DNA of 64,000 nt from Candidatus Bathyarchaeota archaeon. Its GTDB lineage: Archaea; Thermoproteota; Bathyarchaeia; Bathyarchaeales; Bathycorpusculaceae. The translations under genes were made by a program, and so were the position numbers. The notes beneath the pieces were generated by a model, which ran no database searches, had not been told where the DNA came from, and worked only from the letters and a program-made list of their open reading frames with translations. Where the stretch lies: contig OY970340.1 in NCBI GenBank assembly GCA_963717465.1, positions 1,344,001 through 1,408,000 of the forward strand. Direction: 5' to 3'. Position 1 is the first letter of the stretch. Every line of letters begins with the position of its first letter. Shown here piece by piece: positions 60,694 through 64,000 of the stretch.

Positions 60694-62016
60694 TTAGCTA
60701 GAATTTACAGTTAAAGCTTTTCTACTGTTCCAGGCTGCAATTAAACAAGCTGATGCACTAGGATCTAAAGAAGTGGATAAGTAGTACTTGACCGTTTTTT
60801 CGTCAAACTTGTGGCCTTCAAAAGTTTGGTTCTTGCTGTTCCAAATTATCGTCCCTTCTTCATTCCTCTCCTTAAAAGTTCCAATACTTTCATGAAAAGC
60901 TCGATGAGAAAAGACGATAGCTGTAAGTATTTCAGGTTTTAAGCTAAGGGGGTCAATTATAAATCCCAAAAAGAAAAGTTTGATCTTACCCTCTTTCCTT
61001 AACTGATTAAACTCCTTAAAAGGTGAATCGTTATCCCAATCAATTTCGTATCTTATCTTTTCACTTGAAATGCTTGGGTTAATTAATTCCTCGTAATATT
61101 CCCGCATAATAGTTTTCCAAATATCAAAATCCTTCTCAATCATCACATCCGAATCTGATGAAGGCTGAAATTCACCCGCAGGAACAATATGCATTAACCC
61201 TTCCCCAATCGCTACATCTCTCGAACTTCGTTGATGCAAAATGAAACGGTAATCACCATCCTGCTGAAAAAGTGTGATTGCTTCAACACCCAAACCCGAA
61301 CAACGAGCACCTAGCTCAACAGGGTTACCAAATGCTTTTCTAGCTTTAAGAGTGTCCCACTTCATTTTTTTCCCAGATTTTCGAGTTTGAATCTCTTTTC
61401 TGGCGCTCTCATAAGCGAGGGCTTCTAAAGTGCTAAACGAGTCAAAATATTTCCCAAGTCGAAATATCAACTCGTAATCTTTTCCAATTTCTATGTCCGT
61501 TATTCTATAATGTGGCATATCCCACCAAAGTCTAGGCTTGTCAAGTTTGCCTACCATATCACTGTATCTCGTCAACTTGGACTCACTGTAGTTTTTCGGC
61601 CACAAATATTCAAAAGCTTTCTCTGCGCCCTTTAATCCGCATTCTTCGAAGCATTCGGTTCTGTTCTCCACAATTTTTTTATCAGAATTCCAATTTTGAT
61701 CCTTCAAAACTTCAACTCTGTCCAGAGTGATCGCAGGATTCGGAACCCATCCAGCCTTCGTCAAAACAAAAGCATTAAACATTTTGCCTTCCAACTTGCA
61801 TTCTAACCTTGTATAGCCAACAGAATTCTTCACGTAAAAATCAAAAGCTTCCTTTGTCAATTTAAGACGATTTTGTTTTAAATAACGTCTAGCCTGCAAA
61901 AATGCTTCTTTTTCTCTTTGCATTCGCGTTCTCTTTATGTTCGGATAACCAAAGTAGATAGCGACAACAAGACTAATAATAGCAAGAACAATTGGAAATG
62001 CACTTAACCAATCCAC
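60694..62016 (-). CDS. Membrane-anchored NUDIX-fold-like hypothetical protein
   Basis: N-terminal TM helix; HQRS..VA..G..HIVPAGEFQP...IMREYYEEL. Confidence 0.6.
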   Translation of the reverse strand: MDWLSAFPIVLAIISLVVAIYFGYPNIKRTRMQREKEAFLQARRYLKQNRLKLTKEAFDFYVKNSVGYTRLECKLEGKMFNAFVLTKAGWVPNPAITLDRVEVLKDQNWNSDKKIVENRTECFEECGLKGAEKAFEYLWPKNYSESKLTRYSDMVGKLDKPRLWWDMPHYRITDIEIGKDYELIFRLGKYFDSFSTLEALAYESARKEIQTRKSGKKMKWDTLKARKAFGNPVELGARCSGLGVEAITLFQQDGDYRFILHQRSSRDVAIGEGLMHIVPAGEFQPSSDSDVMIEKDFDIWKTIMREYYEELINPSISSEKIRYEIDWDNDSPFKEFNQLRKEGKIKLFFLGFIIDPLSLKPEILTAIVFSHRAFHESIGTFKERNEEGTIIWNSKNQTFEGHKFDEKTVKYYLSTSLDPSASACLIAAWNSRKALTVNSS

Positions 62017-62357
62017 GTTAAAGTCAAAATAAACTTCTTTTTACCCTACTTAATCTTTTGTTGTAACAATTAAGTACCAATAATGCCTCACAGGTACCTT
62101 GTTCCCCTTGACTGCAGTTCATTTAGAAAAGGCTTTGACCTTGACCCTCGCCTTTATTTGCAGTCGCAATGGCAGCAAAACTCCCCTTTAATAAATCGGA
62201 ATCCTGAAGTAGCTTCAAAAATCATTTAAGCTAAAACGGTAATTGCCAAACCGATTTCACTATTGCCTATTGCTTGTTAATGAACCTCACGCGAGTCCCG
62301 TATATATGGGTTTTACATTTTGCATTAGGACGATTTTTTGCGCATAAACTTTAGATA

Positions 62358-63869
62358 CTATTTTTCTTTATTCACTATATTGCTGTAGGTTTCAGCACTT
62401 GCTCTTCTTCTACGCAATTTAGTCTGCAGATCAATCGTGCACAATCCAAACTTCTTGCCGAAGCCTTGCGCCCATTCATAATTGTCTGTTAGAGCCCAAT
62501 GGAAATATCCGCGGACATCAATTTTTTCTTCGCTAACTGCTTTTTCTAAAACTTTCAAATGTTCAGTTATGAATCTGGATCTAAGCGCATCTCTTTCATC
62601 TGCAAGACCATTTTCCGTAACGTAAAGTGGCTTTCCATACTTTTTCATCGCATTCAATGCCTCAAGCAACCCCTCTGGATACACTTCCCACCCTGAATCA
62701 GTAGTTGGCAAACCCTCAGCTGATTTGGCGGCAGGTTTACAACCAAAACCGTAATTCTCAACTATCTGTGGAATTACTGGAATTCCAACAAAAATCTTTG
62801 CTAACAAAAACTTTCTTCCCTTCACAACAAACCTAGTATAATAATTCACGCCTATCCAGTCAAGGCGTTGTCCAAGATAATTTTTAATTTCTTTTTCTTG
62901 CTTTATTCCGCTGAGGTTCTCATTCAACCAGCCATCACAAAGCGACTGTATAAAGAAGTGATTATGCATGTTATCCATAAACTTCGCAGCGTCAGCATCA
63001 GGCTTCCTACTAGGCGAAAATGGTCTTGCTGGAATCACATTATGTATTAATCCAACATTTGCAGGACTGCCACTTTCCTTATCAGCTTTTATCGTGTCAA
63101 ACTTCTTTATTGCATCATAGGCACGGGCATGAGCAATGACAAGATGCCGAGCGGCTTTCCTTGAAGCCCTAAAATTGTTCACGCCAGGAGGAAATCCTGA
63201 TTGAGCTATGATATAGCCAGTTTCAGGTATTACTCCAGGCTCATTAAAAGTTGCCCAGTTATCAACTATGTCCCCTAACTTCCAAGCCATGAACGCAGCA
63301 TATTTAGTGAATTCTACAATTGTATTTTCATCAATCCAACCTTTAGGGCCTCTAAGCAAGCGTGTTTTACGCACGATGATAGGATCATGAATCCATAAAG
63401 GCAGAGTAAAATGGTTCAAACACACAAACACTTGAAAATCGTTACTGCGTAAATCCTCAATGACTTGTCGATAGTGGCTAACCGCCTCAATGTTAGCGAT
63501 TTTCTCTAAAGCTTTGAGGACAGACTCATCAACTTCAATTCTTGCTATATTTCCATCAGAAGCCCTCTCAATTTCGACTTTGACGCTGGACGTGTTTTTA
63601 GGAAAAATTCTACTCCATTCAATCCCTATTCGATAAGCGTTTAAACCAAGTTCTTTGGCAATTGCATGATCTTGCTTGTAGAGATTCCAGTTGTTTATGC
63701 CTTTTTCAGGTAGGTTTCCGCTGACGATTCCTTTCTTAATGTTAAATGCATCGTGAACCCAAACATACCAATCCGTGTTGGGATCGATACTTTTTCCTTC
63801 AGGGTCACCCATCTCAAATTGAAATCCGCTTTCAGATACACCCCATAAAAAATCCTTTGAAAAAGTCAT
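62358..63869 (-). CDS. Glycoside hydrolase family 1 (archaeal beta-glycosidase, BgaS/LacS-like)
   Basis: FLWGVSESGFQFEMG, TFNEP, GVNYY, VTENG, HWALTDNYEWA.G. Confidence 0.95.
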   Translation of the reverse strand: MTFSKDFLWGVSESGFQFEMGDPEGKSIDPNTDWYVWVHDAFNIKKGIVSGNLPEKGINNWNLYKQDHAIAKELGLNAYRIGIEWSRIFPKNTSSVKVEIERASDGNIARIEVDESVLKALEKIANIEAVSHYRQVIEDLRSNDFQVFVCLNHFTLPLWIHDPIIVRKTRLLRGPKGWIDENTIVEFTKYAAFMAWKLGDIVDNWATFNEPGVIPETGYIIAQSGFPPGVNNFRASRKAARHLVIAHARAYDAIKKFDTIKADKESGSPANVGLIHNVIPARPFSPSRKPDADAAKFMDNMHNHFFIQSLCDGWLNENLSGIKQEKEIKNYLGQRLDWIGVNYYTRFVVKGRKFLLAKIFVGIPVIPQIVENYGFGCKPAAKSAEGLPTTDSGWEVYPEGLLEALNAMKKYGKPLYVTENGLADERDALRSRFITEHLKVLEKAVSEEKIDVRGYFHWALTDNYEWAQGFGKKFGLCTIDLQTKLRRRRASAETYSNIVNKEK

Positions 63870-64000
63870 AACCTCACCAATACTCGCTAGGCATTATGTG
63901 CTATTAAATTTATTCGTTAATCAAGGTAGAAACATCAAAAATTGTAAACGGTGAAATTATAGGCCATTATCTTGGCAATCTTGAATCAGTCGCCCACGAA

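Noticed and set aside
62110..62166. GACTGCA...TGCAGTC stem between the GH1 and NUDIX-like genes
   Set aside because: Single short stem with no recognisable RNA family motif; insufficient to call
616..63050. Numerous 60-130 aa ORFs antisense to or nested in confident genes
   Set aside because: Shadow ORFs of well-supported CDSs

Overview
Archaeal chromosomal window. Ca. Bathyarchaeia is my inference, from thermosomes, multiple TrmB regulators, a D-loop tRNA intron and many corrinoid proteins. The left 41 kb is metabolic. It holds a cysteine synthase, a MoxR-AAA/VWA operon, a nitrogenase-like NifH-component 1 fusion with a second component 1 gene, and two paralogous modules (TrmB, GcvH, SCP2, corrinoid protein, UroD/MtaA-like protein, divergent thermosome). 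A third corrinoid/UroD pair, a B12 radical SAM enzyme and an iron/cobalamin ABC transporter follow. From 42478 to 56489 lies a ~14 kb defence island bounded by a perfect 26-bp direct repeat of a tRNA-Arg 3' end. The island carries a Septu-like ATPase+HNH pair, nuclease remnants and a MITE. It also carries the most notable locus: a tightly coupled operon of DinG/XPD-like helicase, full-length Argonaute with PIWI-like PAZ and a degenerate catalytic tetrad, and a second SF2 helicase. The right end has an intron-containing tRNA-Leu, a NUDIX-like membrane protein and a GH1 glycosidase. About ten genes are split by single-base frameshifts, often at homopolymers, which suggests sequencing indels. All family assignments are by eye from motifs; no database searches were run.
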